Shown here in pieces: positions 1 to 9,163 of a stretch of DNA of 64,000 bases. Below the pieces are notes generated by a model. That model had not been told where the DNA came from. It worked only from the letters and a program-made list of their open reading frames with translations, and made no database searches. Every line of letters begins with the position of its first letter. The first letter of the stretch is position 1. This DNA comes from an uncultured Acidobacteriota bacterium (lineage in GTDB: Bacteria > Acidobacteriota > Thermoanaerobaculia > Gp7-AA8), in NCBI GenBank assembly GCA_963822445.1, contig CAWGHO010000001.1, positions 96,001-160,000 of the forward strand, read 5' to 3'. The position numbers were made by a program, and so were the translations under genes.

Positions 1-539
1 CGAAAGCGCGCACCGGTTGACTCGATCCGCCCTAACCACTCAACGCGGTTCTCGTCGCTGAAGACCGAGCGACCCGGTGTTCGAATGCCTCGTGCGCGGA
101 ACAACGCTTTGATCCGCAGCATCGTCCGAGTGGCATCGTCGACCAGGTTCATGTAGCAGCGAACCAGCTCCTTCAGGGTGAGCGTGTCGTGCAGCGCGTG
201 GAACACCGGCGTGAGCGCACCCAGCCGAAGCAGCTCCGACAGGTGGTCGGCATCCAGCTGATCACTTCTCTTCGACACCTCACTTCGGCCACGCGTACAG
301 CACACCACCATTCTCTCGGCATGCGGCACGATCAGATCGTGCAGCCACTGCGCCTGTGTTCCTTCCTCGAGCGCCACCCGCACACGTGATCCGAGTCCTC
401 TCACGAGATTCACGATCGCCGATCCCTCCGTCGGTATCGTGGCCCGCATTCGGATCGCGCCATCCTCGCCTCTGACACTCGCAACGATTGTTGCCTGGTG
501 AACGTCGAGAGCGAGATACTGAATCGCCTGATGTTTCAT
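1..539 (-). CDS. IS110-family (DEDD) transposase/recombinase, N-terminal part; runs off the window start
   Basis: Manual translation from ATG 539: MKHQAIQYLALDVHQATIV...VALEEGTQAQWL...KRSDQLDADHL. This shows the LDVH, E and D-x-x-D residues of the IS110 RuvC-like domain. SD-like AAGGAG lies upstream. Absent from the ORF track because no stop is in the window. Confidence 0.9.
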   Translation of the reverse strand, partial: MKHQAIQYLALDVHQATIVASVRGEDGAIRMRATIPTEGSAIVNLVRGLGSRVRVALEEGTQAQWLHDLIVPHAERMVVCCTRGRSEVSKRSDQLDADHLSELLRLGALTPVFHALHDTLTLKELVRCYMNLVDDATRTMLRIKALFRARGIRTPGRSVFSDENRVEWLGRIESTGARF

Positions 540-609
540 GGCAGCCGCTCCTTCCTTTCGTTTGTTGTTTCCAGCTCCAAACTTACAGGAAGGAGCGTGC
601 TCTCATCAT
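1..609 (-). mobile_element. IS110-family insertion sequence (partial); end near 605-611
   Basis: Transposase plus a ~70-nt non-coding end carrying an 11-bp inverted repeat (cgctccttcct 546-556 / aggaaggagcg 587-597). The element ends a few bases before GTTAGGC. The exact boundary is uncertain. Confidence 0.75.
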
Positions 610-611
610 GC

Positions 612-618
612 GTTAGGC
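612..618 (+). other. Integron core site (GTTRRRY) opening cassette 1
   Basis: GTTAGGC is the exact reverse complement of the inverse core GCCTAAC at 3350-3356. Confidence 0.75.
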
Positions 619-3541
619 CGACCGCACAGAACGGCAAAAACCGTCTCGATGTAGAATTCGTCCGAGGTCGCAATCACTGATGGGACGATATGCAGATCAA
701 ATCGCAGAGTTGGAGCTTGTGCGTCAAATCGATCGGAATGTTGGCGTCGACGGCATCTCACGCTCGGACGCGCAGAAGTTATCAGCCCTCGTTATGGAAG
801 TCGCCGACACCGCCGGCCCGCTCCTGAGTCGCATACCTGTTGTCTTTAAACAGTATACAGAGCATGACCTGGGTCATTCGCGTAATCTGATCGATCTGAT
901 GGGACGATTCATTCCACCGGACACGCTCCGCAATCTGAATGCGCTGGAGCTTTCGTTGCTAGTTATCGCCGCTCTTCTGCACGATATTGGCATGTTCGTC
1001 ACTGACGCAGAGAAATCTGATGTTCTTTTGTCGGACGCGTTCAGGGCGTTTGTGGCGGCTTCCCCCGAGCGGTTCCGAGTTCTAGAAGCATCATCATTGC
1101 TACCCAACCCGCGGCAGGCCATCGAAGATGCGGCACTGGCCGAGTTCTTTAGAAAACGCCATCCCGAGCGCGCGAAGGCTATCATTCAGAGTCTTTTTGC
1201 TGAACGTCTCGTATTCGCCGATGTAGAACTCGCTCCCCTCGTCGGCGACATCTGTGAGAGTCACGGTTGGCCCGTATACACAAGTGATGATCCTCGGCAG
1301 CCCGAGCGAGCAATCGCGAAGTCGCTGAAACGCATGCAGCCTGTAGGCGGATTACCGTTCAACCCCCAATACACCGCCTGTTGTCTGCGACTCGCCGATA
1401 TTCTCGACTTCGACCGCTCACGTACGCCGTTGGCATTACTTCGCACCATAACGGACGAGGTTTCTCAGCGCGAGTGGCTCAAGCATCTGCAAATCACTGG
1501 TTGGAGCATCCGAGCACACGAGATAGAATTCTACGCAGCGTGCCAGCACCCGGCTCATTATGTCGCGATTATGGAGTTTCTAGAATTGGTCGACCATGAA
1601 TTGCGCGACTGCCGACGACTAATCATGCGTGAAGCGCCGGCCGAAATTTCTGCGAAGTATGCTTTCCATCTGCCGCCCGCCGTCGAGCGAATGTACGTTG
1701 AGATGGCGGACAAGAGCTTCGCCGCCGGCGGATTTCGCTTCCGGCTCGATTACGAACGAATATTCAAGCTGCTTATGGATAGAAGCCTCTACCCTGACGC
1801 TAGCTTGTTCTTGCGGGAGTTGCTGCAAAATTCATTAGATGCCTGTAGGGTGCGTCGTGCAATGATTGAGGCTGAGGGTGCAGCTCAATATTATACGCCG
1901 TGTATTGTCATATCTGTAGGAGCGCGCACTTCGTCAGGTACGATCCTGAGCTTTCAGGACAACGGTATCGGAATGTCGGAAGACATTGTCAGAAACTACT
2001 TTGTGCAGATTGGGCGGAGTTACTACCGCTCGGGAGAGTTTAACGCGGTCCGGCATCTACTCGCGGATGCGGGGATTGAGATTGAAGCGACATCCCAGTT
2101 CGGAATCGGCTTCTTGTCCTGTTTCATGGTTGCGGACCACATTGAAATTGAGACATTTAGAGTCGGTGAGGTGCCGTTACGTGTCACAATCGAGGGGCCA
2201 ACGAAGTATTTTCTGGTTCGTCGTCTCGCTGCACCACCGCCGCCCCAGATTGCCGCTGTCGCCAAGACGTTAGACGAGGACGGCCCTCCGAAGTTCGTCG
2301 GCACGCGCGTCACGATTCGTATGCGTCCTGACGTGGATATTGACGTGCAGGCGCTTTTGGGCCGGTTTGCAGCGAACGTAGAGTGTGACGTCATCATTAA
2401 AGAAAAGAATCGGCGCGTGGTTCAACAGGCATGGATGTGGGAACGCCTGGCGGTTTTGCCGTCGGCGCTGCCCACTTCAGTAGGTCGTTCGGCCTATGGT
2501 GACCTCGTACCCGAGCCCCAGGCTGTCCCTTGGGCGCCTAAGTTTGATGACGTCCTGATGGCGATCGATGTTCCTCTCGACGACACACAATTGCCTGGCC
2601 GCCTGAGAGGCAAGGCGTGGTTCTGGTTTATCAGAGGGCACGACGGCGGTCCAACACCTTCTCGCGGCTTTCTGCGGATCGGAGCTGACATTCGCCCGGA
2701 GGGCTTGCCGAAGATTGCATCATCGTTTATCGACACAATCGCCAAGTATCTCGATGACTATATCGAACAAGACAAACTCGATCTCACTGAAATATCGAGG
2801 CTAATCGGTTCGGGCGCAGGCGCAACTCTAGCGGAATGGTGGGAACAAAGGAAACCTGAACAACGTCGAGCTCTTCTTGCGTGGTACATCCATCCTATTA
2901 AACGTGATACGAAGTGGTTCCAGAGCGGCGATGCCTTGCGAGCACTACTGTCGCGCGATGACGCGTGGCTGAAGCATCCTGTCAGCTATACCGACGGAGT
3001 TGGAAACACCTTCCCACAGAGTATTGCACTACACGGTGTCGAGGTCACAGCGGGCATTACGCGCTGGGACGCGATGGTGGGCTTTGCGCGGAGACTACCG
3101 ATCCTTAAATTCATGGCGGGTTTCCGCGTCGATGTTAGGCGCGATGCACCGACCCCGGCCGCCAATCGATTATTTTTTGATCCGCAGGAGGGAGCCAAGA
3201 TTGCAGTTCCATTGCTTAACGCATACCTACGGCGTGCCCAACACCTTGTCGAAACACATCCGGACGATGCGGATTGGGCCGTTTGGTACTCTAGCTTTAT
3301 AGACGCAACAGAACGGTCCGCTTATGCGTCACAACTCACATATCGGACGGCCTAACTACTGCCCGAAGCTGTCGCGGCCCGGCTTCGGTCCCGGCGGCCG
3401 AGCCGCCTACATTTTCGCCGGCGTGACGGCGTCACAGCGGTTGCAGTTCGGCAGGCGTTGCGTACACCTTCTTGCCGGCAACCGCTGCGCCGCTTGGGCT
3501 TCGGCACGCGGGCCCTGCCCACGCAGCTTAGGCGATAGACG
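613..3541 (+). mobile_element. Integron gene cassette 1
   Basis: A single ORF between core site 612-618 and attC 3350-3547. The ORF stop TAA lies inside the inverse core. Confidence 0.8.
680..3355 (+). CDS. HD-domain (HD-CE-like) + HSP90/GHKL ATPase fusion protein
   Basis: HD-like motifs YTEHDLGHS, ALLHDIGM and RLADILDFD. GHKL motifs LRELLQNSLDA, DNGIGM, SQFGIGFLSCF and GTRV. The C-terminal ~300 aa are not recognised. Confidence 0.85.
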   Translation: MGRYADQIAELELVRQIDRNVGVDGISRSDAQKLSALVMEVADTAGPLLSRIPVVFKQYTEHDLGHSRNLIDLMGRFIPPDTLRNLNALELSLLVIAALLHDIGMFVTDAEKSDVLLSDAFRAFVAASPERFRVLEASSLLPNPRQAIEDAALAEFFRKRHPERAKAIIQSLFAERLVFADVELAPLVGDICESHGWPVYTSDDPRQPERAIAKSLKRMQPVGGLPFNPQYTACCLRLADILDFDRSRTPLALLRTITDEVSQREWLKHLQITGWSIRAHEIEFYAACQHPAHYVAIMEFLELVDHELRDCRRLIMREAPAEISAKYAFHLPPAVERMYVEMADKSFAAGGFRFRLDYERIFKLLMDRSLYPDASLFLRELLQNSLDACRVRRAMIEAEGAAQYYTPCIVISVGARTSSGTILSFQDNGIGMSEDIVRNYFVQIGRSYYRSGEFNAVRHLLADAGIEIEATSQFGIGFLSCFMVADHIEIETFRVGEVPLRVTIEGPTKYFLVRRLAAPPPPQIAAVAKTLDEDGPPKFVGTRVTIRMRPDVDIDVQALLGRFAANVECDVIIKEKNRRVVQQAWMWERLAVLPSALPTSVGRSAYGDLVPEPQAVPWAPKFDDVLMAIDVPLDDTQLPGRLRGKAWFWFIRGHDGGPTPSRGFLRIGADIRPEGLPKIASSFIDTIAKYLDDYIEQDKLDLTEISRLIGSGAGATLAEWWEQRKPEQRRALLAWYIHPIKRDTKWFQSGDALRALLSRDDAWLKHPVSYTDGVGNTFPQSIALHGVEVTAGITRWDAMVGFARRLPILKFMAGFRVDVRRDAPTPAANRLFFDPQEGAKIAVPLLNAYLRRAQHLVETHPDDADWAVWYSSFIDATERSAYASQLTYRTA

Positions 3542-3547
3542 TTGGGC
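3350..3547 (+). other. attC recombination site 1 (198 bp)
   Basis: R'' GCCTAAC, 5-nt spacer TACTG, L'' CCCGAAGC, then TGTCG ... CGCA, L' GCTTAGG, spacer CGATAGAC, R' GTTGGGC. Extra unpaired bases fall at the expected positions. There is an internal IR cagcggttgc 3435-3444 / gcaaccgctg 3478-3487. Confidence 0.85.
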
Positions 3548-3588
3548 GGACGTTGGCGCAAATCATTCGCACCCAGCCGCACACTTCG

Positions 3589-4672
3589 ATGACCTGTTAA
3601 CCTAAGACGTACGAGGAACGTTTTACTGCTGCTCGGAGTATGTTTGCTCTCGTTGCCGTTCCTCAACGCGCACGCGAGTGGTCGACGTCGCGCCGTATCG
3701 CCAGGTGGCTCGCTCGTCGGTCCACCTCATCCAGTACGACTCGGAACAATTCCCTCCGATGCCGAGATTGTCTACCATCAGGATCAACTTATTTATGTGA
3801 CGAATCGCCAGCGTACGGTCGTCACCCAAATCACATTTGACAATCCCAGACGGTGGGAGCACGTAGCCCTTTCGCACGATCGGCGCTTCGTAGTAGCCAA
3901 CGAGCAATTGCCGAACCCAGCCGGCGAAGCTGGTGGTTTTTCGCGGCTTTGGATCTTCGACCTGAGGGCCGGAACCGAAGCTCGTCTGCTTCCTGATTTT
4001 CTTACGGCGGGGAATGGCGGCGTCGATTGGGACGCTCAAGGATTCATCTTCTTCGCAGCGAAAGAGAAAAATGTAGTTCCTCATCCAGAGTCTCGTGCCG
4101 ACTTCCTCGCCACTGCGGGAGCCAACGATATCTATCGAATTCGCTACGACGGAAGCAGTCTTCGACGCCTTCTCAACACCTCTCTCGCCGGCGAGGCTGA
4201 TGTCTCCGTCTCGGAGGACGGTTCTCTGGTGACCTTTCGCTCGCAGCCCCTCGACGATGAGACTCACACAGAAGTCTGGTTTGAACGCCGATGGCTCGAA
4301 TCCAGGCCTGGTCTATCGAGGTGGGGCGAATCGGGTTAGCGGCGTCCATGATCCGGAGGTTTCCCCCGACAACTCCTACATTGTATTCAGCAAGGTCAAC
4401 GCGGATGTGCCACCCAACTTTCCTGAGAATCCGGACGCAAACACGGCACATGACATCTGGCGTATAAGGATCGACGGAACCGATGCAAGGCGCTTGACGC
4501 GCGCCGGCCCCATCTCGATCACGCCCCGATTGGAGGGGCGACGAGATACTCTTCCTGCACATCAGCGAAACCGAGCGCTATGCTGGCTTAGCTGTTGTAA
4601 CAGTGGATGCCACGGACCAAACTCCTATACGCCTCGGCTCAGGTCCCCAACATCCCCAAGTGGATTCCGTAG
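3589..4672 (+). pseudogene. Secreted TolB/PD40-like beta-propeller protein (cassette 2), frameshifted (real decay or assembly error)
   Basis: Signal-like PVNLRRTRNVLLLLGVCLLSLPFLNAHA. Repeats IYRIRYDGSSLRRL, VSEDG, PEVSPDN and IWRIRIDGTDARRLT are spread over several frames. Shifts occur near 3592, 4280, 4527 and 4648. Confidence 0.7.
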
Positions 4673-4695
4673 CTAGGTGACTCAACCGATTCGCC

Positions 4696-4857
4696 GCCCA
4701 ACTACTGCCAGGAGCTGTCGGCGGGGTTCACCGCTCCCGGCGCTGAGGCGCCTCTTGTCTCCCCGAGACGCACGGCGCCGCATGCATCCGGGGCCTCGCC
4801 ACCGCTGAGGCGACGAATGTCAGACGCACGCAGGTCGGCGTGACTAACTATTTGGAT
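4696..4857 (+). other. attC site 2, right half degenerate
   Basis: GCCCAAC (complement of GTTGGGC at 3541), then TACTG CCAGGAGC TGTCG, nearly the same left arm as attC1. The right arm only partly matches (cgcaggtc ... tttggat). Confidence 0.6.
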
Positions 4858-5015
4858 AGCGGCCTTCTTGGTGGCAAACAAATCGGCGCCCCTGTTTGAA
4901 TGACTTACAGATGCAGGCAGGTCCTAGGGCTCCCCAAGAGAGCATCCGAATGCGCACTACCTTTGTGATCAACACAACTTTGAGCGGTGCGTGGTGGTCA
5001 CATCACGATCTGATG

Positions 5016-5309
5016 TCAAAACGGACAGCTGACGTCATACCACACACCACCATAGTAAATCTGGCACTTCGTCCAACCTGTACCCGTGGCGCAATCGGTA
5101 TGAGTCCAAACGCGTGCGCTCGACGGGTAACCCCACCAGTCGGTGGTGTCGTCGCAATAGAAATATCTGTAGCCCGATATGACCGTCCATGAGGTGTTGT
5201 AGTAGTCGTACAGATCTTCGGATGTCCGAGCCTGGGCGACTGGCGTGGTACCTAGCGCGAGAACGAGCGCCAGCACTGCGGCAAAGTAGCTACGCTTCTT
5301 CGTTTTCAT
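5016..5309 (-). CDS. Small secreted Cys/aromatic-rich protein (DUF6289-like)
   Basis: Signal peptide ending AQA; YY...G.....C.....WG pattern; 4 Cys; purine-rich RBS. Confidence 0.75.
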   Translation of the reverse strand: MKTKKRSYFAAVLALVLALGTTPVAQARTSEDLYDYYNTSWTVISGYRYFYCDDTTDWWGYPSSARVWTHTDCATGTGWTKCQIYYGGVWYDVSCPF

Positions 5310-5656
5310 GACACGTTTCCTTTCCCACGCACCGCGGGCTAATACTACCTGAAGGCCGGAAGGATGTACGTGGCCGACTCGCTGAGCTTGCTAAGTACCT
5401 CAGCTACGAGTCATTCGGACGGAAGAAACCTGTTGCAGGGAGGTGGGCGATCGCGACAGGCCGAGGGCGTCGAATTTCGTTGCCGAGCACGGTACGCATG
5501 GCGCGCGTCAGCGGGAGAAAGCATAGCGTCAGTGGAGACCGGCGCCCACCTACTGCCAGCAGCGGACGGCGGCCCGCTCCAGATGTACGAACGATGGTAA
5601 GTGTTCCTGCGGCGCCCGTGCAGAATCATGCCGCACAGACGGTCGAGTGGAGCGAG

Positions 5657-5941
5657 CTAATCCGGCTCGCAGATGCCGCAGGACCAAGACGTCGTGCTGC
5701 AAGAGTGAATGGCACCTCCGCAGCTATTGTCGCCCCAGCACGAATAGGTTCCGTCGCACTCCAGGGTGCACTCGCCGACGAGCACAGGGCCCCCTGACGT
5801 GCACTCAGTACCGTGACAGATGACGGGCCGTGTGTAATAGCTGGTGATGTAGCCGAATGGAACCGGCGGGCACGCTGCTTCCAGCGCAAAAGCAGCGAGC
5901 AGAATCGCGAAGGCCAACATAATGCGTCCACGACGTTTCAT
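5657..5941 (-). CDS. Small secreted Cys-rich protein (DUF6289-like)
   Basis: GGAGG RBS before ATG 5941; signal peptide; YY...VGECTLECDGTYSCWG; 10 Cys. Confidence 0.75.
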   Translation of the reverse strand: MKRRGRIMLAFAILLAAFALEAACPPVPFGYITSYYTRPVICHGTECTSGGPVLVGECTLECDGTYSCWGDNSCGGAIHSCSTTSWSCGICEPD

Positions 5942-6204
5942 GGTCTTGTCCCTCCGAAGTTTCCTTTTACTGTGTGTGCTACCTCGCACCGTGGCCAGTC
6001 TGGACAGCTGCTCACTGGCTCAACAAAGTGTTTGGCTTTCATGCCTGACGACGATCATTGGTGCGCCCAGCGGTGCCCGGTCTCTTGCGACGTCCACCGA
6101 AACGCGATGACGGAAAGCGCGTTCACGACGTGCTGCAGCGAACCATCACGACCGGGCATGGTATCATGACGGACACCCAACCACCCTTACCTCCCGGAGG
6201 ATTT

Positions 6205-6507
6205 ATGAGAGCTCGTCGTGCAGCGGTCGTCCTCATCATCGCCACAATCTGCGCGGTGGCCACGCCCACAAGCGAGTCCAACGCCAACGCGAACTGCTAC
6301 TACAACCTCGCCTGGACCACGCAGTACTGGTATCCGAATTCTTGCGGCCCCGGTCCTCACCCGCCCGGGACCATCTGCAACGATGTGCTGACCCTTGCTG
6401 GCGAGTCGGGCGTCGACTGTGCCGGGAATGCCTGGTCGTCGGGCGATACGAATCCGGCCCTTTACCAGACCCATTCCTACGAAGTGTGCGAGCCGATCTG
6501 CGATTGA
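6205..6507 (+). CDS. Small secreted Cys-rich protein
   Basis: GGAGG at 6196-6200; signal peptide; YWY...AGESGVDCAG; C-terminal CEPICD resembles CGICEPD of the neighbour. Confidence 0.75.
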   Translation: MRARRAAVVLIIATICAVATPTSESNANANCYYNLAWTTQYWYPNSCGPGPHPPGTICNDVLTLAGESGVDCAGNAWSSGDTNPALYQTHSYEVCEPICD

Positions 6508-6782
6508 TTTTCGTCGGCTGATCGAACGCGTGCTGAGGGCGAACGAAGCCGATCAGTCGATCTTCTGTCGCACTTCTGCAGTACCGCGCTGTAACGCCAG
6601 CAACTGGCGGATGCGTCGAGGATCGCGCTCGACGCCAAACGATCGTTCCCTGCTCATCGTGCGGCCAGCATTAGGGTGAGCCTATGCTTCGCGGGGTCGC
6701 AGGCTTCCAGTTCCGAAATGAAATGGAGGCTGGTCCTGGCGGCCGGCAGATCCAGTTGCTGTTCGAACCTGCCGCGTAGAAG

Positions 6783-6860
<78 letters not shown>

Positions 6861-6953
6861 CCGAGCGCGAGCCGCGAAGACGGCGGATGATAGCGGATCA
6901 TCGCCGACCAGGAAACGCGACGACTGCCCTCTCGAATTGCGCGAGGCGTCGCG

Positions 6954-7775
6954 TCATCGTTCAAGCCGCGCGATCACCGGAGCGTAGTCGATGCCCAGGC
7001 CGCTGTTCTCCGACGCCCAGAGCGTGCAGTTAAGGACGTTCCCGCCGTAGTTGTTCTCCACGTCCAGCGGCGCTCCGCGGGCGATGAGGGCGTCGACGGT
7101 ATCGAGGTGCCCGTAGAACGCCGCCCAGTGCAGCGCGGTCATGCCCTGATTGTCTTTCGCGGCGAGATCGACGTTCTGTTGCGCGAGGAGGTCGGCGATC
7201 TTCGTATGACCGAAGGCAGCGGCCCAGATCAGTGCAAGCTCGATCGCCATCGTGTCCTTCCGCTCCACGAAGTCGTGCACGAGATCTTCCCGGCCCATCG
7301 CCGCCGCGGTTGGGAGCGTGTCGACGCGCGCCCCGCGCCGCACGAGCGCTTCCATCGTGTCGGGATAGTGAAAGGTGATGGCGGTGACCAGCGGCGAGCC
7401 GTCGTCGGCGAGGCCGTTGATCGCCGCGCCGTAATCGAGCAGCAGCTCGGCGAGCGCAACCTGCAATCCGGCGCGCGCGGGATGCACGCTCGACACGGTG
7501 AGGTCGAGCGTCGTCGAATTTCCGGCGTAGGCATCGCTGACCGCGTCGACCTCCGCACCGGCATCGAGCAGCATCCTCGCGATCTCCACGGCATTGGGCG
7601 GCGTCTTCTGCAGCTCATCTTCGACGCCGTTCGCGGAGACGTAATGCAGGAGCGTCGAGCGATGTGATCGCGTGGACCGTTCGCGGATCAACGCTGGATT
7701 TTCGCGAAGGAGTGCGGCGAGCGTGGTCGCATCGCCGGTGATGATGGCGTCGACGGCCCGCTCGAACTCACTCAT
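6954..7775 (-). CDS. Ankyrin repeat protein
   Basis: TLLHYV, LLDAGAEVD and GMTALHWAAFYGHLDTVDALIARGA repeats. The start overlaps the upstream stop (ATGA). Confidence 0.85.
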   Translation of the reverse strand: MSEFERAVDAIITGDATTLAALLRENPALIRERSTRSHRSTLLHYVSANGVEDELQKTPPNAVEIARMLLDAGAEVDAVSDAYAGNSTTLDLTVSSVHPARAGLQVALAELLLDYGAAINGLADDGSPLVTAITFHYPDTMEALVRRGARVDTLPTAAAMGREDLVHDFVERKDTMAIELALIWAAAFGHTKIADLLAQQNVDLAAKDNQGMTALHWAAFYGHLDTVDALIARGAPLDVENNYGGNVLNCTLWASENSGLGIDYAPVIARLER

Positions 7776-9163
7776 TTCTTCGGTACGAGTGCCATCCCGC
7801 ACTTCGGACAAGTCCCCGGAATCGCGCTCACGACCTCCGGATGCATCGGGCAGGTGTACATCGTTCCTTCCTGATGAACCGGCTCGGGCATGAAGCGCGG
7901 GAGCCGCTCCTCGCCGACCTTCCAGGCCAGCGTGCCGCGCGGCGGCTGATACCAGCCCGGATCCTTTCCCTCGGTGAACTCGTCGCGCACTTTGATGATC
8001 GTGAACATGCCGCCCATGTCGATCGGGCCGTATGGACCGACGCCGCCGCGCATGGGGATGCTGTTGCGCGGCGCGGGCATCTGGTGCTCGGACATCTCCC
8101 CCATCCCCTTCTGCCCCATCACCATCGTGCCCGGCACGAGGTCGTTGATCTTGCCGGGCACTTCGCCGGTGTCGACGCCGAGGAGGTTGGGAAGGTCGTG
8201 GCCCATCTGGTTCATCACGTGATGGGTCTTGTGGCAATGGAACGCCCAGTCGCCTGGATTGTCGGCCGTCAATTCGATGTCGCGCGTCGTTCCAACCGGC
8301 ACGTTCACGGTGTTCTCGGGGATCCAGGCCGTCTCCGGAATCGGTCCGCTGTCGGTCGCGGTCACGTAGAAGAGATGTCCGTGGATGTGAATCGGATGGG
8401 AATCCATCGACAGATTCGCCAGGCGGATGCGCACGCGATCGCCCGTGCGGACGATCATCGGCGTCGTCGCCGGGAACACCTTGCTGTTCATGGTGAACGT
8501 GTTGAAGTCGAGCATCACCGTCGGGTCGGGCGTCGCAGTGCCCGGCTTGATCGCCCACTCGTTCAGAAAGATGGCGAAGTCGCGATCGACGCGGCGCACC
8601 CGCTCGTCGCGCGGATGGATGATGAAGAAGCCGTGCATGCCCATGGCGATCTGCACCATCTCGTCGAAGTGCGGGTGGTACATGAGCGTGCCGGTCTGCC
8701 GCAGGGTGAACTCGTAGGCGTACGTTTCACCGGGCTCGATCTTCGGCTGATTGAGACCGCTGACGCCGTCCATCCCGCTGGGGATCAGGAAGCCGTGCCA
8801 GTGAACGGAAGTGCCCTCGGGCAGCTTGTTCGTGACGAGGATGCGGACGCGATCGCCTTCGAATGCTTCGATGGTCGGGCCGGGCGTCACGCCGTTGTAG
8901 CCGAAGCAATTCACGACGAGCCCCGGCGCGAACTCGCGCTGCACCGGCTCGGCGATGAGGTGGAAGACCTTCACGCCGTTGTCCATCCGGTGATGGAGCT
9001 TGTTGCCGTCGGGCACGACCACCGTCGCGCGGCCCGACCGCCGCCGCGCCGGCAAAAGCCGCGGCTCGGCCTCGGCGGAACGCGCCTCAGTGCTCCGCGT
9101 TACGCCGGCCGATGCCGCGATTCCGGCCAGAGTCGCGGCCAGTGCTTTCCGTCTCGAGATCAT
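7772..9163 (-). CDS. Tat-exported multicopper oxidase with C-terminal heavy-metal-binding domain
   Basis: SRRKAL Tat motif; HWHG, YHPH, HPIHIHGH, FHCHKTHH; YTCPMHP...CPKCGM. Confidence 0.92.
   Translation of the reverse strand: MISRRKALAATLAGIAASAGVTRSTEARSAEAEPRLLPARRRSGRATVVVPDGNKLHHRMDNGVKVFHLIAEPVQREFAPGLVVNCFGYNGVTPGPTIEAFEGDRVRILVTNKLPEGTSVHWHGFLIPSGMDGVSGLNQPKIEPGETYAYEFTLRQTGTLMYHPHFDEMVQIAMGMHGFFIIHPRDERVRRVDRDFAIFLNEWAIKPGTATPDPTVMLDFNTFTMNSKVFPATTPMIVRTGDRVRIRLANLSMDSHPIHIHGHLFYVTATDSGPIPETAWIPENTVNVPVGTTRDIELTADNPGDWAFHCHKTHHVMNQMGHDLPNLLGVDTGEVPGKINDLVPGTMVMGQKGMGEMSEHQMPAPRNSIPMRGGVGPYGPIDMGGMFTIIKVRDEFTEGKDPGWYQPPRGTLAWKVGEERLPRFMPEPVHQEGTMYTCPMHPEVVSAIPGTCPKCGMALVPKK

Noticed and set aside
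6508-6782. Possible recombinase remnant next to the tRNA (gttcgaacc at ~6761)
   Set aside because: No integrase or recombinase motifs are recognisable, and the match to the tRNA T-arm is too short.
4858-6782. The three Cys-rich genes as further integron cassettes
   Set aside because: I found no RYYYAAC...GTTRRRY attC structures around them, and their orientations are mixed.
9087-9163. 77-bp overlap of tolC with the multicopper oxidase
   Set aside because: An ATGA junction at 9160-9163 is one frame off, so the overlap is probably another indel artefact or a harmless extension.
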